In this document: in pieces, positions 19,200 through 27,295 of the stretch
How the letters are laid out: each line of letters opens with the position of its first letter
How positions within the stretch are numbered: position 1 is the first letter of the stretch
Assembly (NCBI GenBank): GCA_019637095.1
Contig: JAHBWG010000023.1
Span: forward strand, 39,145-71,144
From: Sandaracinaceae bacterium
Lineage (GTDB): Bacteria; Myxococcota_A; Polyangia; Polyangiales; Sandaracinaceae
Direction: 5' to 3'
Length of the DNA stretch: 32,000 nucleotides
The notes under the pieces: generated by a model
Database searches by the model: none
What the model was told of the DNA's origin: nothing
Seen by the model: only the letters and a program-made list of their open reading frames with translations
Program-made: the position numbers and the translations under genes

Positions 19200-20384
19200 A
19201 TGACCGTCTCGCTCTGGCAGGACCGCTCGGCGGAGGCGACCCACCGGTTCGACTTCGTGGTCGTCGGCGCCGGGATCAGCGGCGCGAGCGCCGCGTATTG
19301 GCTCGCCTCGCGCGGCGAGCGCGTCGCGCTGCTCGACGCGGGCGGCGTCGCGGCGGGCGCGTCCGGCAAGAGCGCCGGCATGCTCCTGCTCGGCACCGCG
19401 GACCCGTACTCCCGCGTGGTCGATCTCTACGGTCGCGAGCGCGCGCGCGAGGTGTGGGCGTTCACCGCGGAGTGCCGCGCGCTGCTCGCGCGCGAGGTGC
19501 TCGGCGGCGGGGAGCTCGATCGGGAGCTGCGCCTGGTCCGGCGCGGCACGGTGAGCGCGTCGGTCTCGGCGCACGAGCAGCTCGAGCTCGCGCGCTCGGG
19601 CGCCCTGCTCGCCGAGGACGGCTTCCCCCACGAGACGCTCGACGCCGCCGCGATGCGCGAGGCGTTCGGCTCGGACGTGTTCCTCTCGGGCCTGCGCGAT
19701 CCGAGCGCGATGACCGTCGACCCCGCGCGGCTCACCCGCCGCGTGGTGGCGCTCGCGCAGGCGCGCGGCGCCGAGCTGTTCGAGCACCACGAGCTCTTCG
19801 GCCTCGAGGCGGACGCGGACGGCGCGCAGCTCCTCACCTCTCGCGCGCGCTTCGAGGCGGAGATGGTGCTCCTCTGCGCGAACGCGTACTCGCCGCTCCT
19901 GCACCCGCACTTCGAGGACAAGGTCTACCCGGCGCGCGGGCAGATGCTGGCGACCGAGCCGCTCGCCGAGCGCGTCGTGCCGTGGGGCGTGTACTGCGAC
20001 TTCGGCTACGAGTACTTCTGGCAGCTCGACTCGGGCGAGGTCGTCGCCGGCGGCTGGCGCCAGCACGCGCAGGACGCGGAGAAGGGCTACCGCGAAGAGA
20101 CGACGAGCGCGATCCAAGACGGCGTGTGGGACTTCATGCAGCGCGCCGTGCCCGCCCTGCGCGGCAAGCGCGTCACGCACCGCTGGGCGGGCGTGATGGG
20201 CTTCTCGGGCGATGGCCTCCCGTTCGTCGGCGAGCTGCCGGGCAAGCCGCGCGTGAAGTACCTCGCGGGCCACACCGGGCACGGCTTCGGGTTCGGGCTC
20301 CTCGCGGCGAAGAAGCTCGTCGAGCTCGCGCTCGACGGCGCGCCGATCGGCTGGCTCGGCGCGGGCCGGCTCGCGCGCAAGTGA
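19200..20384 (+). CDS. FAD-dependent oxidoreductase (DAO / glycine-D-amino-acid oxidase family)
   Basis: ATG 19200 (MTVSLWQDRS) with GGATGG 4 nt upstream. Dinucleotide fold 'DFVVVGAGISGASAAYWLA...RVALLDAG'. C-terminal 'GHTGHGF'. Only the 3' 394 codons of ORF 15471..20384 are credible. Confidence 0.85.
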   Translation: MTVSLWQDRSAEATHRFDFVVVGAGISGASAAYWLASRGERVALLDAGGVAAGASGKSAGMLLLGTADPYSRVVDLYGRERAREVWAFTAECRALLAREVLGGGELDRELRLVRRGTVSASVSAHEQLELARSGALLAEDGFPHETLDAAAMREAFGSDVFLSGLRDPSAMTVDPARLTRRVVALAQARGAELFEHHELFGLEADADGAQLLTSRARFEAEMVLLCANAYSPLLHPHFEDKVYPARGQMLATEPLAERVVPWGVYCDFGYEYFWQLDSGEVVAGGWRQHAQDAEKGYREETTSAIQDGVWDFMQRAVPALRGKRVTHRWAGVMGFSGDGLPFVGELPGKPRVKYLAGHTGHGFGFGLLAAKKLVELALDGAPIGWLGAGRLARK

Positions 20385-20436
20385 AGGTCTGTCAGCGCCA
20401 TCGACGCGGACCGCGTGCGTTTGGCATCATGGCGCC

Positions 20437-20988
20437 ATGCGCGCGTCCCTGATCCTGTCCCTCTCGCTGCTCGCGAGCGCCTGCGCCGCGAGCTACTCGG
20501 CCGGCGTCGACGGCGACAAGCCGATCTCGATGCTGACCGTCGCCGAGGCGCGGCTCGCGTGCACCAACCTGAGCGCGCACCTCCAAGACCAGTTCGGCGG
20601 TGATCGCCGCGACCGCTTCAACTGCTACGTCCGCGCGCTCTCGACGACGCTGACCCCGGACGAGTGTCGCGTCGCCTTCGACGCGTGCATGGCCGCGCCG
20701 CCAGCCGGCCCGCTGAACATCGAGCCGATCGACTGCTCGACCGCCGGTCCCGATCCCTCGTGCTCGGCGCGCGTCTCGGAGGTCGAGGACTGCCTGAACG
20801 CGTCGGTCGACGCGTTCCGCGAGCGCATCGACGGAGTCGACTGCGCGATCGCCGGCGACGCGGCGGCGCTGATGCGGGTCCAGGATCCGATCCCCGCGCG
20901 CGCGGAGTGCACGCGGCTGCGCGAGGTCTGCCCGAGCTACGCGGATGGCCCGTTCGCGTCCGACGACGGCCCGCCCCCCGAAGGCTGA
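20437..20988 (+). CDS. Cys-rich lipoprotein, hypothetical
   Basis: 'MRASLILSLSLLASAC' is a signal peptide plus lipobox. The mature part contains 10 Cys. The patatin gene starts 13 nt downstream, so the two are probably an operon. Confidence 0.65.
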   Translation: MRASLILSLSLLASACAASYSAGVDGDKPISMLTVAEARLACTNLSAHLQDQFGGDRRDRFNCYVRALSTTLTPDECRVAFDACMAAPPAGPLNIEPIDCSTAGPDPSCSARVSEVEDCLNASVDAFRERIDGVDCAIAGDAAALMRVQDPIPARAECTRLREVCPSYADGPFASDDGPPPEG

Positions 20989-21001
20989 GAGCCGAGCGCG
21001 C

Positions 21002-22225
21002 GTGACGACGGCGATCGTTCTGTCCGGAGGAGGCGCGCGGGGCGCATACGAGGCCGGCGTGGTCGCGGGCGTCGTCGAGGTGCTCGGGCCGCGCGAGCGC
21101 GCGCCCTTCTCGGTCTTCACCGGCACGAGCGTCGGCGCGATCAACGCCACCTACCTCGCCGCGCACGCGGACCGCCCCGACCTGAACGTGAGCGGCCTGC
21201 TCGACGAGTGGCGCCGCCTCGAGCTCGCGCGCCACCTCTCCCTCGACCCGCTGCGCCTGCTCGCCTCGGGCCGCGTGCGCGAGCGCCTCGCCCGCTGGCG
21301 CGAGGGCGGCGACACGCGGTTCGGCCGCTCGCTGCTCGACCCGCGCGCCCTCGAGTCGCTCGTCGAGCGGACCATCCCGTACGAGCGCCTGCACGACAAC
21401 GTGCGCGCGGGCGTCGTGCGCGCGCTCGTCGTCGCCGCCCTCGAGATCTCCACCGCGCGCACCACGCAGTTCGCCGAGCTCGCCCCCGGCGCGACGTTCA
21501 CGCCCTCGCGCGATCCGCGGCGCCTCCTGCGCCTCGCGGCGATCGAGGCGCCCCACGTGCTCGCGTCGGCGGCGCTCCCCTTGCTGTTTCCAGCTCGGCG
21601 CGTCGGGCGCCACTACTACTGCGACGGCGGGATCCGCTTCAACACGCCGATCGCGCCCGCCATCCGCTGCGGCGCAGACCGGCTGGTGATCGTCTCGCTC
21701 CTCTATCCGCGCACGCTGGGCGCGGTCCCCGACAGCGAGGAGGCCGCGGGCAACGTCGCCGCCTACCCGAGCCCGATCTTCCTGCTCGGCAAGGTGCTCA
21801 ACGCGCTGCTGCTCGACCCGGTGCGCTACGACCTCGACGTGATGGGGCGGCTCAACGACCTGCTCGGCGCGCTCGAGGCGAACGTCGCGGCCGAGGAGCT
21901 GCGCCGCATCGAGGAGGTGCTGTCGCGCACGCGCGGCGCGCCCTACCGCAAGGTCGAGGCGCTCGTGTTCGCGCCCTCCGAGGACATCGGCCGCATGGCG
22001 CACGAGCACGCGCACGGCCTGCGCGCACGCACGCTCTCGACCCTGCTCGTCCGGCGCCTCGCCGACCTGCGCGAGGAGATCGAGGCGGACCTGCTCAGCT
22101 TCGTGCTGTTCGACGGAGAGTTCGCCGACCGGCTCGCGCGCCTCGGCCACGGCGACGCGCTCGCGCGCGCAGACGAGATCCGAGCGTTCTTCGGCGCCCC
22201 GGTGGACTGCGCGCATCACGCGTGA
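21002..22225 (+). CDS. Patatin-like phospholipase
   Basis: 'LSGGGARGAYEAG' (oxyanion GGGxRG), 'GTSVGA' (GxSxG) and 'CDGG' (catalytic Asp). GTG start at 21002. Confidence 0.85.
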   Translation: MTTAIVLSGGGARGAYEAGVVAGVVEVLGPRERAPFSVFTGTSVGAINATYLAAHADRPDLNVSGLLDEWRRLELARHLSLDPLRLLASGRVRERLARWREGGDTRFGRSLLDPRALESLVERTIPYERLHDNVRAGVVRALVVAALEISTARTTQFAELAPGATFTPSRDPRRLLRLAAIEAPHVLASAALPLLFPARRVGRHYYCDGGIRFNTPIAPAIRCGADRLVIVSLLYPRTLGAVPDSEEAAGNVAAYPSPIFLLGKVLNALLLDPVRYDLDVMGRLNDLLGALEANVAAEELRRIEEVLSRTRGAPYRKVEALVFAPSEDIGRMAHEHAHGLRARTLSTLLVRRLADLREEIEADLLSFVLFDGEFADRLARLGHGDALARADEIRAFFGAPVDCAHHA

Positions 22226-22268
22226 CACAAACCTATGAAATCACTCCTCTTTCCTCGTTCTCCACACG

Positions 22269-22299
22269 TTGTGCACAAGCTGTGTGCAAGCGCTGCGCA
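22269..22299 (+). promoter_or_regulatory. Direct-repeat motif in the relatively AT-rich leader of the K+ channel gene (candidate operator or promoter element)
   Basis: ttGTGCACAAGC tgtGTGCAAGC gcTGCGCAC. Two copies of TGTGCA(C)AAGC are spaced about 11 bp (one helical turn) apart, followed by a related half-copy. This lies inside a 98-bp gap whose GC content is visibly lower than its surroundings. Confidence 0.3.
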
Positions 22300-22323
22300 C
22301 GGGCCGTGGGCTAGGCTCGCGCC

Positions 22324-24036
22324 GTGAAGTTCATCCCGGCCCAGCTCGCCGCGTTCGCGAGCAACCGGACCGCGCGGCGCAACCTGCGCGGGCTTCTGCG
22401 CTACCTCCTGCTCTTGTGCGCGCTGATCGCGATCTACAGCGTGCTCTTCCACGTGCTGATGGCCGCCGAGGGGCAAGAGCACACCTGGCTCACCGGCGTG
22501 TATTGGACGCTCACCGTGATGTCGACGCTCGGCTTCGGCGACATCACGTTCCACACGGACCTCGGGCGGACGTTCTCCGTGATCGTGCTCCTGAGCGGGG
22601 TCGTGTTCCTGCTGATCGTCTTCCCGTTCACGTTCATCCACTTCTTCTACCAGCCGTGGCTCGAGACGCAGGACCGCTTGCGCGCTCCACGGGAGCTCCC
22701 ACCGAGCGAGCGCGGGCACGTCATCTTGACGGGCGCCGACCCGGTCGTGCTCGCGGCGGCGTCTCGCCTGCGCACGCTCGGCCGCCCGTACGTCGTGCTC
22801 GTCGACGACGTCGCGCGCGCGCTGCACCTCTTCGACGAGGGCTTCCGCGTCGCGGTCGGGAGCGCGGACGACGCGCAGACGTGGGCGCACATGCGCGTGG
22901 AGCAGGCCTCGCTCGTGCTCGCCGCCGCCGACGACTTCCTCAACACGAACATCACGTTCACCGTGCGCGAGCGCTCCGAGGAGGTGCCGATCCTCGCGCT
23001 CGCGCGCTCGGTGGACTCCGTCGACGTGCTCCAGCTCGCGGGCGCCAACCGCGTCGTGCAGCTCACCGAGCTGCTCGGGGCCTCGCTCGCGCGGCGCGCC
23101 TACGGAGGCGGCACGCGCGCGAACGTGGTCGGTCGCATCGACGGGCTCGTCGTCGCCGAGGCGCCGGCGACGCACTCGGCGCTCGTCGGGCAGACGCTCG
23201 CAGAGAGCGGCATCGGCGCCGCGACCGGCGTGACGGTGCTCGGCGTGTGGGAGCGCGGCCACTTCCTGCTCCCGCACGGCGCGACCGAGATCCACCAGGA
23301 CACGGTGCTCGTGCTCGCAGGGACGGACGAGTCGCTCGCCCGCTTCGACGAGGTGGCGCAGACGCCCGCGTGCGACTTCGCGCCGCTCGTGATCCTCGGC
23401 GGCGGCCGCGTCGGGCGCGTCGTCGCGCGCGAGCTCCACGAACGAGGGCTCGACTACCGCGTCGTCGAGCTCTGCCGCGACCGCCTCGAGGGCGCGATCG
23501 ACGCCTCGAAGTGGGTCATCGGCTCGGCCGCCGACCTCGCGACGCTCGAGCGCGCGGGGATCCGCGAGGCGCCGACCGTCGTGGTCACGACGCGCGACGA
23601 CGCCACGAACATCTACCTGACGATCTACTGCCGCCGGCTGCGCCCCGATCTGCAGATCGTGGCGCGCGCGAACGAGGACAAGAACGTCTCCACGCTGCAC
23701 CGCGCGGGCGCGAACCTCGTGATGAGCTACACGTCGCTCGGCGCGAGCGCGGTGCTCGGCTACGCGGACTCGCGCAGCGCGCTTCACGTCGCGGAGGACC
23801 TCGAGATCTTCCGCCAGCCGCTGCCGCCGGCGCTCGCGGGCCACACGCTGCTCGAGAGCTCCATCCGCGACACGGCGGACTGCAGCGTCCTCGCGATCGA
23901 GCGGGGCGAGGAGAAGATCCTCGCGCCCAAGGCGCTCGAGGTGCTGCGCGAGGGCGACGTGCTCCTGCTCGCCGGCGCGCCCGAGAGCCGCACCGCGTTC
24001 GCGACGTGCTTCGAGGTCGCGCCCACCAAGCGTTGA
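22324..24036 (+). CDS. Two-TM potassium channel with tandem RCK (TrkA-N/TrkA-C) domains
   Basis: Pore helix and selectivity filter 'YWTLTVMSTLGFGD'. The second RCK has 'VILGGGRVGRVVA', whereas the first has a degenerate dinucleotide motif. GTG start. Confidence 0.88.
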   Translation: MKFIPAQLAAFASNRTARRNLRGLLRYLLLLCALIAIYSVLFHVLMAAEGQEHTWLTGVYWTLTVMSTLGFGDITFHTDLGRTFSVIVLLSGVVFLLIVFPFTFIHFFYQPWLETQDRLRAPRELPPSERGHVILTGADPVVLAAASRLRTLGRPYVVLVDDVARALHLFDEGFRVAVGSADDAQTWAHMRVEQASLVLAAADDFLNTNITFTVRERSEEVPILALARSVDSVDVLQLAGANRVVQLTELLGASLARRAYGGGTRANVVGRIDGLVVAEAPATHSALVGQTLAESGIGAATGVTVLGVWERGHFLLPHGATEIHQDTVLVLAGTDESLARFDEVAQTPACDFAPLVILGGGRVGRVVARELHERGLDYRVVELCRDRLEGAIDASKWVIGSAADLATLERAGIREAPTVVVTTRDDATNIYLTIYCRRLRPDLQIVARANEDKNVSTLHRAGANLVMSYTSLGASAVLGYADSRSALHVAEDLEIFRQPLPPALAGHTLLESSIRDTADCSVLAIERGEEKILAPKALEVLREGDVLLLAGAPESRTAFATCFEVAPTKR

Positions 24037-24054
24037 GCCCGGCCGCGGAGCTCG

Positions 24055-24810
24055 TCAGGTGGCGTGCGGCGCCCCGCAGTTGGGGCATGCGTGCCGGAGC
24101 GCGAGCGGGAACGAGGTCCCGCAGTAGCGGCACCGAGCCCGCGCAGCGAGCGCGGGCGTCGGCGCCGCCGCGACGGGCAGCGCGCTCGCGAAGCCGCGCG
24201 CGAGCGCGATCAGGCGCCGCAGCCGCTCGACGGGCGCCGCGATCTTCGGGAGCGGCGGCGCGAGCTCGACCTCGAGGGAGTCGCCCGCGACCTCGAGGAG
24301 CTCGACCTCGAGCGCGTCGAGCTCCGTGAGCAGCGCCTCGCGCGTGCGCGGCGCGATCCGCGACAGCGTCTCGAGCCCCTCGGCGAGCGCAGCGCGGTCG
24401 CCGTGCAGGAACACGCCGCGCGCGACGAACAGCCGCAGCGGCGCGTCGTCCGCGAGCTCGTCGTCCGGCGCGGCCGCGGCCGGGATCGCGGCGGGGTCGC
24501 GGCGCAGCGAGAGGCGCCCCGCCTCGTGCGGCAGGCGCAGCGCGAGCCGCACCTCGGGATCGACGACGTAGATGCGCAGCCGCACCGGCACCTCGCCCGC
24601 GCGGCCGCGCAGCTCGACCTCCTCGTCGACCCGACGGATCGCCGCGCCCTCGAGCCCGACGGCGACGTGCGTGAGGAGGGTCTCGCAGAGCTCGAAGCCG
24701 ACCTCGGGCTCGCTCGTGTCCGGGTCCCACGCGGCGAGTCGCTCGTCGAGCGAGCGCGGCGGCGCCTCTGGCGGCTCCTTGGCGCTGCGCCTGTCGCCGA
24801 ACCAGCGCAC
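24055..24810 (-). CDS. Hypothetical protein with a C-terminal zinc-ribbon (CxxC-N11-CxxC)
   Basis: 'CRYCGTSFPLALRHACPNCG' at the C-terminus. GC3 is high. It begins 5 nt after the Nudix gene, so the two are probably an operon. Confidence 0.6.
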   Translation of the reverse strand: MRWFGDRRSAKEPPEAPPRSLDERLAAWDPDTSEPEVGFELCETLLTHVAVGLEGAAIRRVDEEVELRGRAGEVPVRLRIYVVDPEVRLALRLPHEAGRLSLRRDPAAIPAAAAPDDELADDAPLRLFVARGVFLHGDRAALAEGLETLSRIAPRTREALLTELDALEVELLEVAGDSLEVELAPPLPKIAAPVERLRRLIALARGFASALPVAAAPTPALAARARCRYCGTSFPLALRHACPNCGAPHAT

Positions 24811-24815
24811 GCGGC

Positions 24816-25268
24816 TCAGCGCCCCTCGAGGTACTCACAGAGGTGCGGGACGATGTCCATCGCGCGCGCCTGCGCGGGCGTCCTCCACCCAGCCCACACG
24901 ATCTCGACCTGGTCGATGCGCACCTCGGGCTCGACGTCGAGCTCCGCTTCGTAGATGTCGAGCGTGTCCTTGCGGAACTCGAAGGGCCGCGTGCCGTGGT
25001 AGGCGAGCTCGAAGCGCGCCGGCGCGATCTCGACGCGGATCTCCTCACGCACCTCGCGGCTCGCGGCGGCGCGCGGGTCCTCACCGGGGCGCACGTAGCC
25101 GCCGGGCAGCGAGTACTGCCGGCGGTAGCTGTTCTTCACGAGCAAGAGGCGCCCGTCGTGCCACAGCGCCGCGAGCGCGCCGTTGGTGCGCGGCCTGCGC
25201 ACGAACCAGTAGCTGCGCAGCATCAGGTGCGCGCAGCGGTAGGCGGTCCGAATCGCCGGCTCGAGCAT
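24816..25268 (-). CDS. NUDIX hydrolase
   Basis: Nudix box 'GGYVRPGEDPRAAASREVREEIRVEI'. ATG 25268 (MLEPAIR) is preferred, with an alternative GTG at 25286. Confidence 0.8.
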   Translation of the reverse strand: MLEPAIRTAYRCAHLMLRSYWFVRRPRTNGALAALWHDGRLLLVKNSYRRQYSLPGGYVRPGEDPRAAASREVREEIRVEIAPARFELAYHGTRPFEFRKDTLDIYEAELDVEPEVRIDQVEIVWAGWRTPAQARAMDIVPHLCEYLEGR

Positions 25269-25329
25269 GCGCGCGCATCTTCGCACAGCGTCTCGCCACC
25301 GTCACCGAGCGCTGGCATCCTCGGCGCCG

Positions 25330-26538
25330 ATGCGCGTCCTCATCGCCGACAAGCTCGCCCCCCTCGTCGCCGGCCGGCTCCAGGACCTCGGGTGCGAGGT
25401 GCACAGCGAGCCGGGCCTCGACCCGTCCGCCCTCACCGCGCGGCTGCGCGCGCTCGACCCGAACGTGCTCGTCGTGCGCAGCACGAAGGTGTCGGAGGCC
25501 GACCTCGCGGCGGCGCCCGCGCTCGCGCTCGTGATCCGCGCCGGCGCCGGCGTGAACACGATCGCGCTCGAGGCGGCGAGCGCGCGCGGGATCTACGTCA
25601 CGAACTGCCCGGGCAAGAACGCTTGCGCGGTCGCGGAGCTGACGATCGGCCACCTCGTGAACCTCGACCGGCGCATCGCGGACAACGTGGCGGCCGCGCG
25701 CGAGGGGCGCTGGGACAAGAAGGCGTTCTCTGCCGCGCGCGGGCTGAACGGGCGCGTGCTCGCGATCCTCGGGATGGGCGCGATCGGGCGCGAGGTCGCG
25801 AGCCGCGCGCAGGCGCTCGGGATGCGCGTGCGCGCGTGGTCGCGCAGCCTCGACGAGGCCACCGCGCGGGCCCTCGGCGTCGAGCGCTGCGAGACGCCCG
25901 AGGCCGCCGCGGAGGGCGCCGACGCGCTGAGCGTGCACCTCGCGCTGACCCCCGAGACGCGCGGCCGCGTCGGCGAGAGCATCTTCATGGCGCTCAAGCC
26001 CGGGGCGTACTTCGTGAACACGGCGCGCAGCGAGGTGGTCGATCACCGAGCGCTCGCGCGCGCGCTCGACGAGCGCGGCCTGCGCGCGGGGCTCGACGTG
26101 TTCGAGGCCGAGCCGGCCGAGGGCACCGGCGCGCTCGCCGACGCGCTCGCCGCGCACCCGAGCGTCTACGGGACGCACCACATCGGCGCGAGCACACAGG
26201 AGGCGACGGACGCGGTCGGCGAGGAGGTCGTACGGATCGTGGACGCGTACGCACGTGGCGCGCTCATCCCGAACTGCGTGAACCTCGCCGACCGGACCGA
26301 AGCGACGCACGTGCTCGTCGTGCGGCACGCGGATCGGGTCGGCGTGCTCGCGGGGGTGCTCGCGATCCTGCGCGAGGCGGGGATGAACGTGCAGGAGATG
26401 CAGAACATCCTGTTCTCGGGCGGCGACGCCGCGATCGCGCGCATCGGCGTGATCGGCGAGCCGAGCCCCGAGGCGCTCGCGCTGATCCAGCGGGCCGCGC
26501 ACGTGTTCGACGCGTCGGTCGGCCCCAAGGGCGCCTGA
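25330..26538 (+). CDS. serA: D-3-phosphoglycerate dehydrogenase-like 2-hydroxyacid dehydrogenase with a C-terminal ACT domain
   Basis: ATG 25330 (MRVLIADKL). NAD fold 'ILGMGAIGREVA'. Catalytic region 'NTAR...VD', 'DVFE.EP', 'THHIGAST'. ACT-like tail 'VLVVRHADRVGVLAGVLAILREAGMNVQEM'. Confidence 0.8.
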   Translation: MRVLIADKLAPLVAGRLQDLGCEVHSEPGLDPSALTARLRALDPNVLVVRSTKVSEADLAAAPALALVIRAGAGVNTIALEAASARGIYVTNCPGKNACAVAELTIGHLVNLDRRIADNVAAAREGRWDKKAFSAARGLNGRVLAILGMGAIGREVASRAQALGMRVRAWSRSLDEATARALGVERCETPEAAAEGADALSVHLALTPETRGRVGESIFMALKPGAYFVNTARSEVVDHRALARALDERGLRAGLDVFEAEPAEGTGALADALAAHPSVYGTHHIGASTQEATDAVGEEVVRIVDAYARGALIPNCVNLADRTEATHVLVVRHADRVGVLAGVLAILREAGMNVQEMQNILFSGGDAAIARIGVIGEPSPEALALIQRAAHVFDASVGPKGA

Positions 26539-26546
26539 GGACCGCG

Positions 26547-26912
26547 TCATCCGCGGCAGAACACGGCGACGTCGATGCGGACCGGCGTCGTCTCGCACGC
26601 GCGCACCTCGACGCGCTCGAAGCTCGTCGTGCAGTTGCCGGTCGCGTCGTCGCCGCGCACCTCCCACGTGCCGGCCTCGAGCTCCTCGCGCGCGCAGCCC
26701 TCGGGCGCGCGGATGAGGAAGGGCACGTCCGCCTCGCCGCGCCGCGCGGTGACCTCGGCGCCGGCGAGCGGGCGCTCGCTCGTCGCGTCGAGGTACACGC
26801 AGACCTCGATCACGCCGTAGCCCGGCGTGCAGCCGCCCGCGTCGCCCGGCGCGGGGCCGGTGCCCGAGCAGCCGGCGAGGAGGAGCGCGAGGAAGCCGAG
26901 GTACGCTCGCAT
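26547..26912 (-). CDS. Small lipoprotein, hypothetical
   Basis: 'MRAYLGFLALLLAGC' is a signal peptide plus lipobox. The mature domain looks beta-rich and contains 6 Cys after the lipidated Cys. ATG 26912. Confidence 0.6.
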   Translation of the reverse strand: MRAYLGFLALLLAGCSGTGPAPGDAGGCTPGYGVIEVCVYLDATSERPLAGAEVTARRGEADVPFLIRAPEGCAREELEAGTWEVRGDDATGNCTTSFERVEVRACETTPVRIDVAVFCRG

Positions 26913-26980
26913 GGCGCCCAGCATAGCCGACGCGCGCGGCTTGACCCGGGCGGCGCCGGGGCACAACGTCGAGGCAGCGC

Positions 26981-27289
26981 ATGGAACGACGCAGCAGCCC
27001 GCGGATCGATGCCGGCGTCCCCGCCGAGCTCGACGCGCCGTCCGGCAAGGGGCACGCGGGGATCCTGCAGGACGTGAGCGAGACGGGCGCGCTCTTGCTG
27101 AGCCGCGTCGAGCACCACCCGGGCGACGTCCTCACGCTGCGGTTCCGCGCCGCGGGCGCGGGCGCCGCGCTCGTCGAGCGGCGCGCGCGCGTGCTGCGCT
27201 CGGGGCCGAACGACGCCGAGTCCGTGTGGCCCGTGCGCAGCGCGCTCGAGTTCGACGAGGCGGTCCCCCTCGATCGCGACGCGCTGTAG
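26981..27289 (+). CDS. Stand-alone PilZ domain protein (putative c-di-GMP receptor)
   Basis: 'RRSSPR' (RRxxxR) and 'DVSETG' (DxSxxG). 102 aa. Confidence 0.75.
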   Translation: MERRSSPRIDAGVPAELDAPSGKGHAGILQDVSETGALLLSRVEHHPGDVLTLRFRAAGAGAALVERRARVLRSGPNDAESVWPVRSALEFDEAVPLDRDAL

Positions 27290-27295
27290 TTTGCC

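Noticed and set aside
20385-20436. Imperfect inverted repeats (GCGCCAT...ATGGCGC, ACGCGGaCCGCGT) between the FAD oxidoreductase and lipoprotein genes
   Set aside because: The stems are short, and one has a 1-nt loop that cannot fold. Their abundance is consistent with chance in GC-rich sequence. At most they form a weak terminator or promoter overlap.
25313-25328. Sigma-54-like TGGCATcctcgGCGCC just before the serA-like ATG, plus similar TGGCA strings at 10786 and 20418
   Set aside because: At 25313 the predicted TSS would fall inside the coding region. The other two have wrong GG/GC spacing. TGGCA and GC dinucleotides are frequent at this GC content.
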